Source: an uncultured Actinomycetota bacterium | GTDB lineage: Bacteria > Actinomycetota > Actinomycetes > Nanopelagicales > Nanopelagicaceae | Length of the DNA: 64,000 nucleotides | Reading direction: 5' to 3' | NCBI GenBank assembly: GCA_963844465.1 | Contig: CAWJOR010000011.1 | Location: 11,128 to 75,127 of the forward strand | Shown here: one piece after another, positions 16,249 through 26,069 of the stretch | Layout: each line of letters begins with the position of its first letter | How positions within the stretch are numbered: position 1 is the stretch's first letter | The notes under the pieces: generated by a model | Database searches by the model: none | What the model was told of the DNA's origin: nothing | What the model saw: the letters and a program-made list of their open reading frames with translations, nothing else | Translations under genes and position numbers: made by a program

Positions 16249-17058
16249 ATGTCTGAAACGAAGCCGGGTTTTGCTCGCGATTGGTTTGAATTCACAGATC
16301 CAAACGATGAGCTTGAAATCTTCAAATGCGATCTCACGTGGTTAACGTCCTACTGGACGTGCATTTACGGTGACGGCTGCAAAGGTGTTTTCGCCGATCG
16401 ACCAAATGATGGGTGTTGCACAGAAGGCGCCATGTATTCAGACGATGATGACGAAGCGCGAGTGCTCAAAGCCGCTGCAGATCTCACCCCCGATATGTGG
16501 CAATTTTATGTGGAGTCCCGACCAAAGCGCTTCGGCGGCGAGCTAAACATTTCAGAGAAAGATGAGGACAACGAGAGGAAGACTCGGACAGCCAACGGCT
16601 CATGCATCTTCCTCAATCGCAAGGGCTATGAAGCCAATGGATTCACTGGCTCTTTTGGCTGCGTACTTCACCATCTGGCACTCAAAGAGGGCCGCCACTT
16701 TGTTGAGACAAAGCCTGATGTCTGCTGGCAGCTGCCGATGCGACGAAGTTTTGAAACGCGAGAAGTTGGCGACCGTGAATACTCAATCACCGTTATCGGA
16801 GAGTACGAACGTCTTGCTTGGGGCGATGGTGGCAACGATTTCGATTGGTACTGCACGAGTGATTCCGACGCCCATGTCGGCACCGAGCCGGTCTACATCT
16901 CCAACCGAGTAGAACTCGTCGCCCTTCTCGGGCAAGAGGCCTACGAGATCTTGGCAAAACACTGCGATGCTCGAATGCAAGCGATCCGCGAGATCGAGAA
17001 GAAGACTCTTCCTCTGTTCGTGATCCAGCACCCTGCAACGCTTGCGGCTAGAAGCTAG
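16249..17058 (+). CDS. Conserved Cys-rich hypothetical protein
   Basis: 269-aa ORF with several Cys clusters (CDLTWLTSYWTCIYGDGCKG, DGCCTEG, GSCIF, FGCVLHH). I could not recognise a family with confidence. Confidence 0.4.
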   Translation: MSETKPGFARDWFEFTDPNDELEIFKCDLTWLTSYWTCIYGDGCKGVFADRPNDGCCTEGAMYSDDDDEARVLKAAADLTPDMWQFYVESRPKRFGGELNISEKDEDNERKTRTANGSCIFLNRKGYEANGFTGSFGCVLHHLALKEGRHFVETKPDVCWQLPMRRSFETREVGDREYSITVIGEYERLAWGDGGNDFDWYCTSDSDAHVGTEPVYISNRVELVALLGQEAYEILAKHCDARMQAIREIEKKTLPLFVIQHPATLAARS

Positions 17059-17087
17059 CGCCAACCGTCAGGGCTGCACCCTAGGCT

Positions 17088-18461
17088 GTGCCCATGGCAA
17101 AACCTACGACGGATCCCTACCGCTGTTCTGAATGCGGATGGACCACCAGTAAATGGGTCGGCCGGTGCGGCGAATGCCAAGTCTGGGGAAGCGTCGAAGA
17201 GATCGCCGCACCAAAGCGACTCTCACTCGTTCCTGGAGCCGTGACCAGAGTCGCGACACCCATTGGGGATGTGGATCTTTCATCGGCCGGTGCGCGATCC
17301 ACTGGCGTAAGCGAACTCGACCGAGTTCTAGGCGGAGGTTTGGTTCCTGGCGCAGCGATTCTCCTTGCAGGCGAGCCTGGCGTGGGCAAGTCCACCCTCC
17401 TGCTTACCGTCGCCGCCAAGAGTGCATCACGCGGAATCAGATCCCTTTTCATCAGCGGCGAAGAATCTGCATCGCAAGTGCGCCTCCGCGCCGAGCGCAT
17501 CGGTGCAGTAGATCCAATCTTGTGGCTCGCATCTGAAAACGATCTTGGCGCTGTCATCACGCACATCGATTCTGTTAAGCCCCAACTTCTGATCATCGAC
17601 AGCATTCAAACCATGAACAGCGCGGCAGCCGAGGGAGCAGCCGGTGGAGTCACACAGGTTCGCGAAGTTGCCGCTGCACTGATCCGCATCGCGAAGGAAC
17701 GCGACATCACTTTGCTACTAGTTGGTCATGTTACAAAGGACGGCTCCATTGCAGGGCCTCGATTACTGGAACACATCGTCGACGTCGTCCTCTCCTTCGA
17801 AGGAGAAAGACATTCGAGGCTTCGCCTCATCCGCGCAACCAAGAATCGTTTTGGTGCCAGCGATGAAGTCGGCTGTTTTGACTTGAATGACGGCGGAATC
17901 GAAAGCGTCGTGGACCCGACTGGGCTCTTCACGACCAGACATGCAGAACCGGTGCCCGGCACCTGCGTCACTGTCACCCTCGAAGGGCGAAGGCCATTAC
18001 TTGCAGAAATCCAAGCACTAGTAGGGGTGGGGCGCGATAACGACTACGGTAATGCCCGACGTGTTACAAGCGGCCTTGACTCTGCGCGCACCTCAATGAC
18101 ACTGGCGGTGCTCGAATTGCGCGCCAATATCCGGATTGCAGGACGGGATGTCTACGCAGCCACAGTCGGCGGAATGAAGATGTCCGAACCCGCAGCAGAT
18201 CTAGCATTGGCATTAGCTGTCGCTTCCGCGGCAAAAGGACTTGCCCTTCCCGGTGATCTCGTGGCAATCGGCGAAGTCGGATTGGCGGGTGAAATTCGCA
18301 AAGTCAGCGGCGTCGAGCGCCGCCTCTCCGAGGCATTCCGACTTGGATTCAAGCGTGCTCTTGTTCCGCAAGGAAGTGACACGAAGATCGCGGGCATGGA
18401 GATCGTCGAGGTCTCACGGTTGGACCAAGCGCTGCAACGGGTGAAGATCACTGGGGAATGA
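17088..18461 (+). CDS. radA: DNA repair protein RadA
   Basis: Zinc finger YRCSECGWTTSKWVGRCGEC, Walker A GEPGVGKST, KNRFG motif and a Lon-like C-terminal domain. Confidence 0.95.
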   Translation: MPMAKPTTDPYRCSECGWTTSKWVGRCGECQVWGSVEEIAAPKRLSLVPGAVTRVATPIGDVDLSSAGARSTGVSELDRVLGGGLVPGAAILLAGEPGVGKSTLLLTVAAKSASRGIRSLFISGEESASQVRLRAERIGAVDPILWLASENDLGAVITHIDSVKPQLLIIDSIQTMNSAAAEGAAGGVTQVREVAAALIRIAKERDITLLLVGHVTKDGSIAGPRLLEHIVDVVLSFEGERHSRLRLIRATKNRFGASDEVGCFDLNDGGIESVVDPTGLFTTRHAEPVPGTCVTVTLEGRRPLLAEIQALVGVGRDNDYGNARRVTSGLDSARTSMTLAVLELRANIRIAGRDVYAATVGGMKMSEPAADLALALAVASAAKGLALPGDLVAIGEVGLAGEIRKVSGVERRLSEAFRLGFKRALVPQGSDTKIAGMEIVEVSRLDQALQRVKITGE

Positions 18462-19315
18462 GTTCTCTAGAAAAGACAATCATCGATTGGTTCGCCGCAA
18501 ATAAGCGCGACCTGCCTTGGCGCAATTCCACTGCATGGGGAGTGATGGTCAGCGAATTCATGCTGCAGCAAACCCCTGTCGTCCGCGTCCTTCCGAAATG
18601 GAACGAGTGGATGCATCGCTGGCCAACCCCACAAGATCTCGCAACAGCTTCTACGGCAGAGGTCATCACAGCTTGGGGTCGTCTTGGCTATCCACGAAGA
18701 GCTTTGCGCCTGCATGAATGCGCGAAAATCATCTCCAAGGAGTACGGGGGCAAAGTTCCCGAAACCGAGGAAGTCCTTAGAACTCTTCCTGGCGTTGGCG
18801 ATTACACGGCAGCCGCAATAGTTGCCTTCGCCTATGACGCCAGAACTCTCGTGCTCGATATCAACATTCGCCGGCTATTTTGCCGCGTTGTTGACGGCGT
18901 GGAGGCACCCAAGCCAAGTCTTTCCAATCAGGAACGACGGGCACGCGCCGAATTGATTCCAATTAGTGATGCTCATGTTTGGGCAGTGGCCACGATGGAA
19001 CTCGGCGCATTGGTCTGCACGTCGCGCAATCCCAGTTGTGACCAATGTCCGCTTTCGTCAATATGCCAATGGAAGGCAGCGGGTTTTCCCAGATCTGATG
19101 CACTCCGCAAGACACAAGCCTGGCATGGCACCGACCGTCAATGTCGCGGCGTCATCGTGCAGGCACTCAGGGAGAACGCGACCCTAACCAAGCACGAGAT
19201 TCGAAAACTCTGGCACGAAGATTCACAAATGGAGAAGGCGCTATCCACGCTCATAAAGGATGGATTGATTTCACTCAATAATGATTTCCTCTACTCCTTG
19301 CCACAAAATCCCTAA
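18458..19315 (+). CDS. mutY: A/G-specific adenine DNA glycosylase
   Basis: HhH-GPD motif LPGVGDYTAAAI and Fe-S cluster loop CTSRNPSCDQCPLSSIC. It overlaps the radA stop with ATGA. Confidence 0.85.
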   Translation: MSSLEKTIIDWFAANKRDLPWRNSTAWGVMVSEFMLQQTPVVRVLPKWNEWMHRWPTPQDLATASTAEVITAWGRLGYPRRALRLHECAKIISKEYGGKVPETEEVLRTLPGVGDYTAAAIVAFAYDARTLVLDINIRRLFCRVVDGVEAPKPSLSNQERRARAELIPISDAHVWAVATMELGALVCTSRNPSCDQCPLSSICQWKAAGFPRSDALRKTQAWHGTDRQCRGVIVQALRENATLTKHEIRKLWHEDSQMEKALSTLIKDGLISLNNDFLYSLPQNP

Positions 19316-19322
19316 GCACGCC

Positions 19323-20420
19323 CTATGAAATAACGGATATTCGCTCTCCGGGCACGTCAACTTCAAGAAGATCGGCTTTCATCCCAATCGCTATCTCACC
19401 GCGATTATGGAGCCCGAGTGCCTGTGCCGCGACTTTAGAGGTTGCCGCAACGGCCTGGACCATTGAGCATCCCAGCAAAGCCTGCAAGTTGAAAAAAGAT
19501 TTATCCATAGTCAGCGTACTTCCTGCTAGTGCGCCATTCGAATCGAGGCGAGCCACGGAATTCTTAACGGTGACGGGTAGTTGTCCAATCAAGTAGTGCC
19601 CATCCGAACTTCCCGCAGCACACATTGCATCCGTAACCAATGCAAGTCGATTAGAAGCCACTCGATAGATGCGCTTTGCGACTTCGCCGCTCACATGGTG
19701 ACCGTCAAGGATCATCTCCAAACAAAGGCGCGTATCTTGCATTGCTAGATCAGCCAGCGTGTGGCCTTCGTCGTCCAATTTCGAAACAGCATTGGGGAAG
19801 TGAGTGACGATCGTTGCACCCGCTTCAACTCCTCGAAGCGTCGAATCAAAATCAGCCGCAGAATGGCCTATCGCAACTTTAACGTTATGAGCAGCCAAAT
19901 ATTCTATGGATTCAATTGCGCCGTTCAATTCCGGCGCGATCGTTACCATCTTGATGAATCCCTTTCCGATGGAAAGTAGCTCTGCGAGTTCATTCACTCT
20001 TGGATTGCGCAAGAGAGAAGGATCATGAGCACCGCACCGAGTACGAGCCAAATATGGACCTTCAAGGTGAATCCCGAGGATTTTCTCCGCCTCTGCGAAA
20101 GCCACCAACCGCTGAACTTGAGTCTTAAGAACTTCCAATGGTGCTGTGACAAGACTGGCGACCAAGGTAGTCGTGCCGTGAGAATGGTGAGTATCTATTG
20201 CCTGCTCAATCTCCAATGGATCCAGGTTTGAAAAGTAGGATCCTCCGCCTCCATGGCAGTGCATATCGACAAAGCCAGGGATGAGGATTCCACTAACCAC
20301 CCGATCGGCGTTAGACACCTCACCAGTATTAATTGAGGAAATCAAGCCGCTCTTAACCTCAAGCCATACGCTTTCACGTAAAGCACCATCAATCACTGCC
20401 GACTTCGCTTGAATAATCAT
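19323..20420 (-). CDS. nagA: N-acetylglucosamine-6-phosphate deacetylase
   Basis: GFVDMHCHGGGG motif and amidohydrolase-fold length (365 aa). Confidence 0.85.
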   Translation of the reverse strand: MIIQAKSAVIDGALRESVWLEVKSGLISSINTGEVSNADRVVSGILIPGFVDMHCHGGGGSYFSNLDPLEIEQAIDTHHSHGTTTLVASLVTAPLEVLKTQVQRLVAFAEAEKILGIHLEGPYLARTRCGAHDPSLLRNPRVNELAELLSIGKGFIKMVTIAPELNGAIESIEYLAAHNVKVAIGHSAADFDSTLRGVEAGATIVTHFPNAVSKLDDEGHTLADLAMQDTRLCLEMILDGHHVSGEVAKRIYRVASNRLALVTDAMCAAGSSDGHYLIGQLPVTVKNSVARLDSNGALAGSTLTMDKSFFNLQALLGCSMVQAVAATSKVAAQALGLHNRGEIAIGMKADLLEVDVPGERISVIS

Positions 20421-20530
20421 TTGAGCGTGACAATCTCCTCTAAGAAGAACTTCATCCTAATCTAAATCAATATTTTTTCACGGTTTTCACGAATTAACAC
20501 CGTCGCTATCCAATATGCAATGATTATCGC

Positions 20531-21565
20531 GTGCGAGAATTCGGATCGATAATGTCTTCGGAAATAGCGGAAACACCCAGTGTTTTTCGCCGAATTATCG
20601 ATGCAATGCCCACTGCGCAGGCAATCAGAGAAGTACTCAGCGAGGGTGAGATTCAGTCAGTCTTGATCCTTGCCCGCGGCACTTCCGACAACGCAGCGCA
20701 CTTTCTCAAATATCTAATAGAAACAAAACTGGGCCTTCCCTGTGGATTGACTTCTCCTTCATCTGTGACGCTATACAACAGCACACTACATTTCAAAGGC
20801 ACTCTAGTTATTGCCATCAGCCAGAGCGGTCAGTCACCAGACCTCGTTCAATTTGCGACTGCAGCACGAAGTTCTGGCGCGCTAATTATCGCGATGACAA
20901 ATGATTCTCAATCTCCGCTGGCTATGCTGGCCCACTTGCACCTTGCCCTTCAAGCTGGACCCGAACTAGCCGTTGCGGCGACGAAGACCTATTCGGCCCA
21001 GCTCCTTACCTCCTATCTCTTGGTGGCGAAATGGGCCAATTTCCCAACCTATGAAACACAGATCATCGATCAAGCACGAATATTGGTCAATGATTTGCAC
21101 CTCGTAGATGAGGCAGTAAATGCCTGCGATCGCGCTGAGGAGATCGTAGTTTTGGGACGTGGATTTGCCTACCCGAATGCTCGTGAGTTGGCTCTAAAGA
21201 TTCAAGAAACAAGCAAAATTTCTGTGCAAGGGCTTTCAACTGCGGACTATTTACACGGTCCGATTTCGGCTCTTACTCGTAAAACCCAGGTCTTCATCGT
21301 CGCACCCTTGCATATGCCCGCCGGATCGATCGATGAAGCAATCTCAAAAATACGTCCGCAAGTAGATAGGATTTTCTGGTTGGGCAACGGCGGAACGCCT
21401 CAGGGATCTGACATTGTGATTGCCGGAGCCAACTGTGAAGATGAGATATCTACTTCGATAGTTGATGCCATACCTGTCCAACGCTTTGCACTTGAATTTG
21501 CCGCAAAATCGGGATTCGATCCAGACGCCCCAGAGGGCCTGTCGAAGGTGACCTTAACGCTCTAA
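20531..21565 (+). CDS. Two-SIS-domain sugar-phosphate isomerase/deaminase (GlmS C-terminal-like; candidate GlcN-6-P deaminase NagB-II)
   Basis: Two SIS modules (ARGTSDNAA...ISQSGQSPD and a second in the C-terminal half). It is divergent from nagA. The true start may be the internal Met at MSSEIAET. Confidence 0.6.
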   Translation: MREFGSIMSSEIAETPSVFRRIIDAMPTAQAIREVLSEGEIQSVLILARGTSDNAAHFLKYLIETKLGLPCGLTSPSSVTLYNSTLHFKGTLVIAISQSGQSPDLVQFATAARSSGALIIAMTNDSQSPLAMLAHLHLALQAGPELAVAATKTYSAQLLTSYLLVAKWANFPTYETQIIDQARILVNDLHLVDEAVNACDRAEEIVVLGRGFAYPNARELALKIQETSKISVQGLSTADYLHGPISALTRKTQVFIVAPLHMPAGSIDEAISKIRPQVDRIFWLGNGGTPQGSDIVIAGANCEDEISTSIVDAIPVQRFALEFAAKSGFDPDAPEGLSKVTLTL

Positions 21566-21599
21566 CCTCTGTTCGCAACTTCGCTAGTTAGGATTTGAT

Positions 21600-22976
21600 A
21601 TGGCTTTGTTAGCAAGTCAGCTCGCAAACCTCATTGGATCTGAAAATGTGCGTAGCGACTCCACATCCCTTGAAGCTTATAGTCATGATGCCACTCCGCT
21701 CTTTCGTGGCCTGCCCGAGGTAATTGTGACGCCCCGTAATACCGAGGATGTAGCACGGATAATTCGTTTTGCACTCGATTCCAGGACACCGATAATTCCA
21801 CGTGGCGCAGGCAGCAATCTCTGTGCAGCAACTGTCCCCCTCAACGGCGGAATTGTTTTGAGCATGGCACACATGAACAAGGTCCTAGAGATCTCACCTT
21901 CAGAAATGTTAGCGGTGGTCCAGCCTGGAGTTACTAACCTTCAGCTCGATACTGAAGTTGGTAAATACAATCTGATGTTTGTCCCAGATCCAGGATCGCG
22001 AAATGTCTCGACAATCGGTGGAAATGTGGCAACCAGTGCGGGCGGACTCCGCGGGCTTAAGTATGGAACAACGAAGAATTACGTGCTCGGACTTGAAGTC
22101 GTTCTCGGCACCGGAGAGATTATTCGAACTGGCGGGCGATTAGTAAAGGATGTGGCGGGGTATGACATAACTCGATTATTGGTAGGAAGCGAAGGCACTT
22201 TAGGTGTTTTTACGGAAATCACTGCTGTCTTGGTCCCACGACCCGAAGCATCTGAATACGGCGTTGCTTATTTTGAAAACCTTGCAGCTGCTTCGATCGC
22301 CGTTGATCTGATTATCACAAGCGGTATCGTTCCCTCCACGCTCGAGTTCCTGGACAACACTTGTATTGTCGCCGTTGAGGATTTTGCTCGATTGGGTCTG
22401 GATGTAGAAGCAGGCGCACTCTTGCTCTTTGGAGACCACGGCGACTCCGGATACGTGGAACACATCGTCGAGAAGATGGCAGAAATCATCCGATCTGTTC
22501 CAGATTGCCGCGGGGTGACGCTCGCGCCAGACATAGCCACGGCGGAGGAACTCCTCTATGCCAGACGTTGCTCTTTGCCGGCGTTGGCTCGACTCGGGAC
22601 ACTATCAATCCTTGAAGATATCGCAGTGCCCCGTCCACACATGGCCGAAACCGTGAAGCGAATTGAGATGATCGCGCAAAAGTACGCATTGCGAATTGGC
22701 ACGTTTGGCCACGCAGGGGATGGCAACCTTCATCCAACGATCGTGATCGACAAGGATGACCAACTCGCCGTGCTGAGTGCGGAAAGAGCCATGGGTGAGA
22801 TCTTCAGCCTGGCCTTGGAAATGGGCGGAACCATTACAGGCGAACATGGTGTCGGAAGCGCCAAATTGCCATACTTGCAGGCTCGACTTGGCAGCGTGCA
22901 GATGGAACTCCAACGCTCCATAAAGAAAGTGTTTGATCCGCATAGCATTCTTAATCCCGGAAGGCTGGGATCGTGA
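21600..22976 (+). CDS. FAD-linked oxidase, GlcD family (glycolate or D-lactate dehydrogenase subunit)
   Basis: PCMH-type FAD-binding motif IIPRGAGSNL and a C-terminal GEHGVG...DP..ILNPG signature. Confidence 0.8.
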   Translation: MALLASQLANLIGSENVRSDSTSLEAYSHDATPLFRGLPEVIVTPRNTEDVARIIRFALDSRTPIIPRGAGSNLCAATVPLNGGIVLSMAHMNKVLEISPSEMLAVVQPGVTNLQLDTEVGKYNLMFVPDPGSRNVSTIGGNVATSAGGLRGLKYGTTKNYVLGLEVVLGTGEIIRTGGRLVKDVAGYDITRLLVGSEGTLGVFTEITAVLVPRPEASEYGVAYFENLAAASIAVDLIITSGIVPSTLEFLDNTCIVAVEDFARLGLDVEAGALLLFGDHGDSGYVEHIVEKMAEIIRSVPDCRGVTLAPDIATAEELLYARRCSLPALARLGTLSILEDIAVPRPHMAETVKRIEMIAQKYALRIGTFGHAGDGNLHPTIVIDKDDQLAVLSAERAMGEIFSLALEMGGTITGEHGVGSAKLPYLQARLGSVQMELQRSIKKVFDPHSILNPGRLGS

Positions 22977-24019
22977 GGGAGAAGTTCACTCAATCAAAAC
23001 TTGATCGATGCATCTCCTGCGGCTATTGCCTCCCCGCCTGCCCCACCTATCAGTTGACCGGAGCTGAGGAGTCTTCGCCTCGTGGGCGAATTACCCTTAT
23101 GAGAGCCGTACAAGACGGACGATTGCCCAAGGAGAATCTCCTCGCAGAATCAGGCTTCTGTTTGGGCTGTCGTGCATGCGAACCCGTCTGTCCTGCCGGG
23201 GTCGAGTATGGAGTCTTGTTGGAAGAGATGCGCGAAATGGTGTGGCAAGGGAAGAACCGACCGCTCATTGTTCGCGGACTTCTAGCTCTCGTACGAACGC
23301 AATGGAGGGTTCGACTTATCGGCGCATTTTCGCCAATTGGTCGAAAACGAAAAGCAGATGAAGATCTGCATTTACTGCTCGGGTGTTTTGAGAGAAGACT
23401 CTTTCCAAGAGTAAGCCGGATACTTTTTAAGATTGCCCCGGAGGTTTCCATTACAAAGAGTCAGGGTTGTTGTGGGGCACTTCACGCTCATAATGGTGAA
23501 TTGAAATTGGGTACCGAAATGGCCGAGGAACTAGGAAGGAAGCTCAACGGCACAATTCTTACCACGGCAGGTGGCTGCGCCGCCCACCTATCCTCCGTAC
23601 TCGGCCAAGAGCGAGTGAGGGAATTTTCAGAATGGTGGTTCTTCAAATCAATCGAACTTCATAAGATTGAGAAAGATGGATTGCCCATACGTATCGGATT
23701 CCAGGACTCCTGCCATCTTCGAAATGGCTTAGGCGTTTTCAAAGAACCACGGGCAATCCTCAATCAAATTGGCGACTACATCGAGGTTCCGAACGCAAGT
23801 GGGTGTTGTGGCGCGGCTGGAAGTTACTCCTTATTGCAAAGGAAAAACAGCCGAAAAATCCTTGCGCCCAAGGTCAATGCGATTCGCGACTTGAAACTTG
23901 ATTACCTAGCAACCGTCAACCCAGGGTGCACGCGACAACTAGCAAAGGAACTCAAACGGGGAGGGATCAGGACTAAAGTCGTTCACATCTCAGAGTTGGT
24001 TTCGAAGGCTAAATCTTAG
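22973..24019 (+). CDS. Fe-S oxidoreductase, GlcF-like (two 4Fe-4S motifs plus CCG domains)
   Basis: CISCGYCLPACP and CLGCRACEPVCP motifs. CCG motifs GCCGALHAH and GCCGAAGSY. GTGA overlap with the upstream GlcD-like gene. Confidence 0.8.
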   Translation: MREKFTQSKLDRCISCGYCLPACPTYQLTGAEESSPRGRITLMRAVQDGRLPKENLLAESGFCLGCRACEPVCPAGVEYGVLLEEMREMVWQGKNRPLIVRGLLALVRTQWRVRLIGAFSPIGRKRKADEDLHLLLGCFERRLFPRVSRILFKIAPEVSITKSQGCCGALHAHNGELKLGTEMAEELGRKLNGTILTTAGGCAAHLSSVLGQERVREFSEWWFFKSIELHKIEKDGLPIRIGFQDSCHLRNGLGVFKEPRAILNQIGDYIEVPNASGCCGAAGSYSLLQRKNSRKILAPKVNAIRDLKLDYLATVNPGCTRQLAKELKRGGIRTKVVHISELVSKAKS

Positions 24020-24956
24020 GCACCCTGGCTTTCTCACTCACCTCAATATCTGGCTTCTTTCCTGATCGACTTCCAACTACTTTTCTAGACAGATCAAGCG
24101 CGGCTTTTGTCTCCTTCCAGTTTCTTTGAGCGAGAGCTACGCAAAGGCAGTCAACCACCGTCAATTGTGCAATTCGGCTGGCAGTGGCCCCACTTCGAAA
24201 GGTTGTCTCTCTTGCGGATGTGAAGAGGACAAGATCCGCAATCGCCGTCGCCGGACCACGAAAATTATTTGTAATCAATATGACCGTCACGCCTCGTGAC
24301 TTGAACTCAGTCATAACATCCACAATGTCAAGGGTGGTACCGCTGTGGCTGACAGCCACCAGCACGTCATTTGGTTTTAGTAGCGAAATCGACGTCAATG
24401 CCGAATGCGCATCCGTCCAAGCGGTGGCCCGTTTGCCCAAGCGGTTCAATTTCAATTGCAAATCCATGACAACGTACCCGCTGGAGGCAATTCCGATCAA
24501 TCCGATCATCTCAGCCTTATCCCATGCGTCTACAGCCGCTATGAAACTTTCGACATCCAACCGTTCGGCGGTGGACTGGATTGCTCTCGCGTCTGCTTGT
24601 GAGATTTTGCGGATGACCTCTTCGGGTGAATCTTGGAGTGTGATCCCTCCGTCCAATTCGCTTCCGTTTATCCCAAGGTGCTCTCTCCGGCTCAAATCTC
24701 CCACGAGAGCCATTCGAAAATCGGGAAACCCCTTGAACCCCATTGCCTTGCTAAATCGCACAATCGATGCAACCGATGTGGAACTGAAGGTTGCCAACTG
24801 TGAAATGTTCATTCGTGCCACATGGTCGGGGTGATCGAGCACAGCATGGGCGATCGCCGCTTCGCTGGCATGAAATGACGGGAACGAATTTGCTATATCT
24901 CCAAGAAGATCCTGATAATTCTTGGGTATCGATTCTGAAATAGCCTTACGCGCCAT
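24009..24956 (-). CDS. MurR/RpiR family transcriptional regulator (HTH plus SIS domain)
   Basis: N-terminal RpiR-type HTH (SQLATFSSTSVASIVRFSKAMGF) and a C-terminal SIS domain (GIASSGYV...VSHSGTT). Confidence 0.8.
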   Translation of the reverse strand: MARKAISESIPKNYQDLLGDIANSFPSFHASEAAIAHAVLDHPDHVARMNISQLATFSSTSVASIVRFSKAMGFKGFPDFRMALVGDLSRREHLGINGSELDGGITLQDSPEEVIRKISQADARAIQSTAERLDVESFIAAVDAWDKAEMIGLIGIASSGYVVMDLQLKLNRLGKRATAWTDAHSALTSISLLKPNDVLVAVSHSGTTLDIVDVMTEFKSRGVTVILITNNFRGPATAIADLVLFTSARETTFRSGATASRIAQLTVVDCLCVALAQRNWKETKAALDLSRKVVGSRSGKKPDIEVSEKARVPKI

Positions 24957-24977
24957 GGTGCCTCCCGTATTTCATGA

Positions 24978-26069
24978 TCACGCAGAATGAAGTTTCTGGT
25001 GGGTCGACTCTAAAAAGGGTTGCCACAACAGCTCAGTAGGCGATGGAATTCCGCGCACGTGCAGTCGGTTGGTCATCAGTGCGACAACGCAATCATGGGA
25101 TGGAGAGAACCCTAGAGCAATCCCTGGAAAGCCAGTATGCCCAAAAAATTCAGCGGTACAGCCTCGATATGTGTGACTCCAACTTCTAAATCCGAGTTGT
25201 TGACCGAGATCGGGGCCGGTAGTGAGGAACTCTTGTGCGATCTTTTGTGAGTAGGGTCCCTCTCCCCTAAAGCTCGCGTTCATGATCTCTCCAAAAGTTA
25301 GAAGGTCATCTGCAGTCGAAAACAGACCAGCGTGGCCTGCGATGCCGTCAAAAACGTGAAAAGCATTTCCGTCGTTTACTTCCCCGACAAGGATGTGTTC
25401 GCGCCAACGTCCGAAGTCGGCTACTTCTTCGGGAACAGGAAATGGAATCTTCGATATGACCATTTCTTTCTCTATAGAATCGCCGAAGGAGGTAGCCGCA
25501 ACAGAGGTACGAGTAACTGGGGTGGCAAACTTGGTTTCACTCAATTGAAGAGGTCTCAAAACAAGGTCGTTGATACTCGCCTTCAATTCCTCGCCCATAA
25601 TCCTTACTAGTATCTGTCCTAGTGAAATAAATCCCAAATCTGAATAATGGCGTCCGGCATTTACGGAATACCTCAAAGGTATTTCACTTAGTCGTCGCAT
25701 CGCATTCGATGGATCCCGGTCGTGAATGTAAAGCGGTCGCCACTCCCACAAACCACTTCGATGCAGAAGCAGATCCCTAACAGTTATCTCGTCCTTTTCT
25801 GTTCCTGCCCACTCAGATAGGAACTTCGAGGCAAGGTCGTCAAGAGAAAGAACACCAGTATCAACTAAACGCATGATCCCCGCAGTAGTCGCGAGGACTT
25901 TGGTTATCGAACCAAGGTCGAAGAATGTCCGTGGGTCCATGGATAAGGGCGAGTCCACTCCGAAAACTTGCCGGTCGCCAAATGCGGCAATCTCGCGCTT
26001 GCCTCCTACCGATAGTCCGAGGACAAATCCGGGTACGTGGGCGAGTGTGCCCTCTATTAAATCCTTCAT
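24978..26069 (-). CDS. Serine hydrolase of the beta-lactamase / D-peptidase family
   Basis: SxxK motif in LGSITKVLAT. I set the start at the ATG at 26069, which forms an ATGA overlap with the epimerase stop. Confidence 0.7.
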   Translation of the reverse strand: MKDLIEGTLAHVPGFVLGLSVGGKREIAAFGDRQVFGVDSPLSMDPRTFFDLGSITKVLATTAGIMRLVDTGVLSLDDLASKFLSEWAGTEKDEITVRDLLLHRSGLWEWRPLYIHDRDPSNAMRRLSEIPLRYSVNAGRHYSDLGFISLGQILVRIMGEELKASINDLVLRPLQLSETKFATPVTRTSVAATSFGDSIEKEMVISKIPFPVPEEVADFGRWREHILVGEVNDGNAFHVFDGIAGHAGLFSTADDLLTFGEIMNASFRGEGPYSQKIAQEFLTTGPDLGQQLGFRSWSHTYRGCTAEFFGHTGFPGIALGFSPSHDCVVALMTNRLHVRGIPSPTELLWQPFLESTHQKLHSA

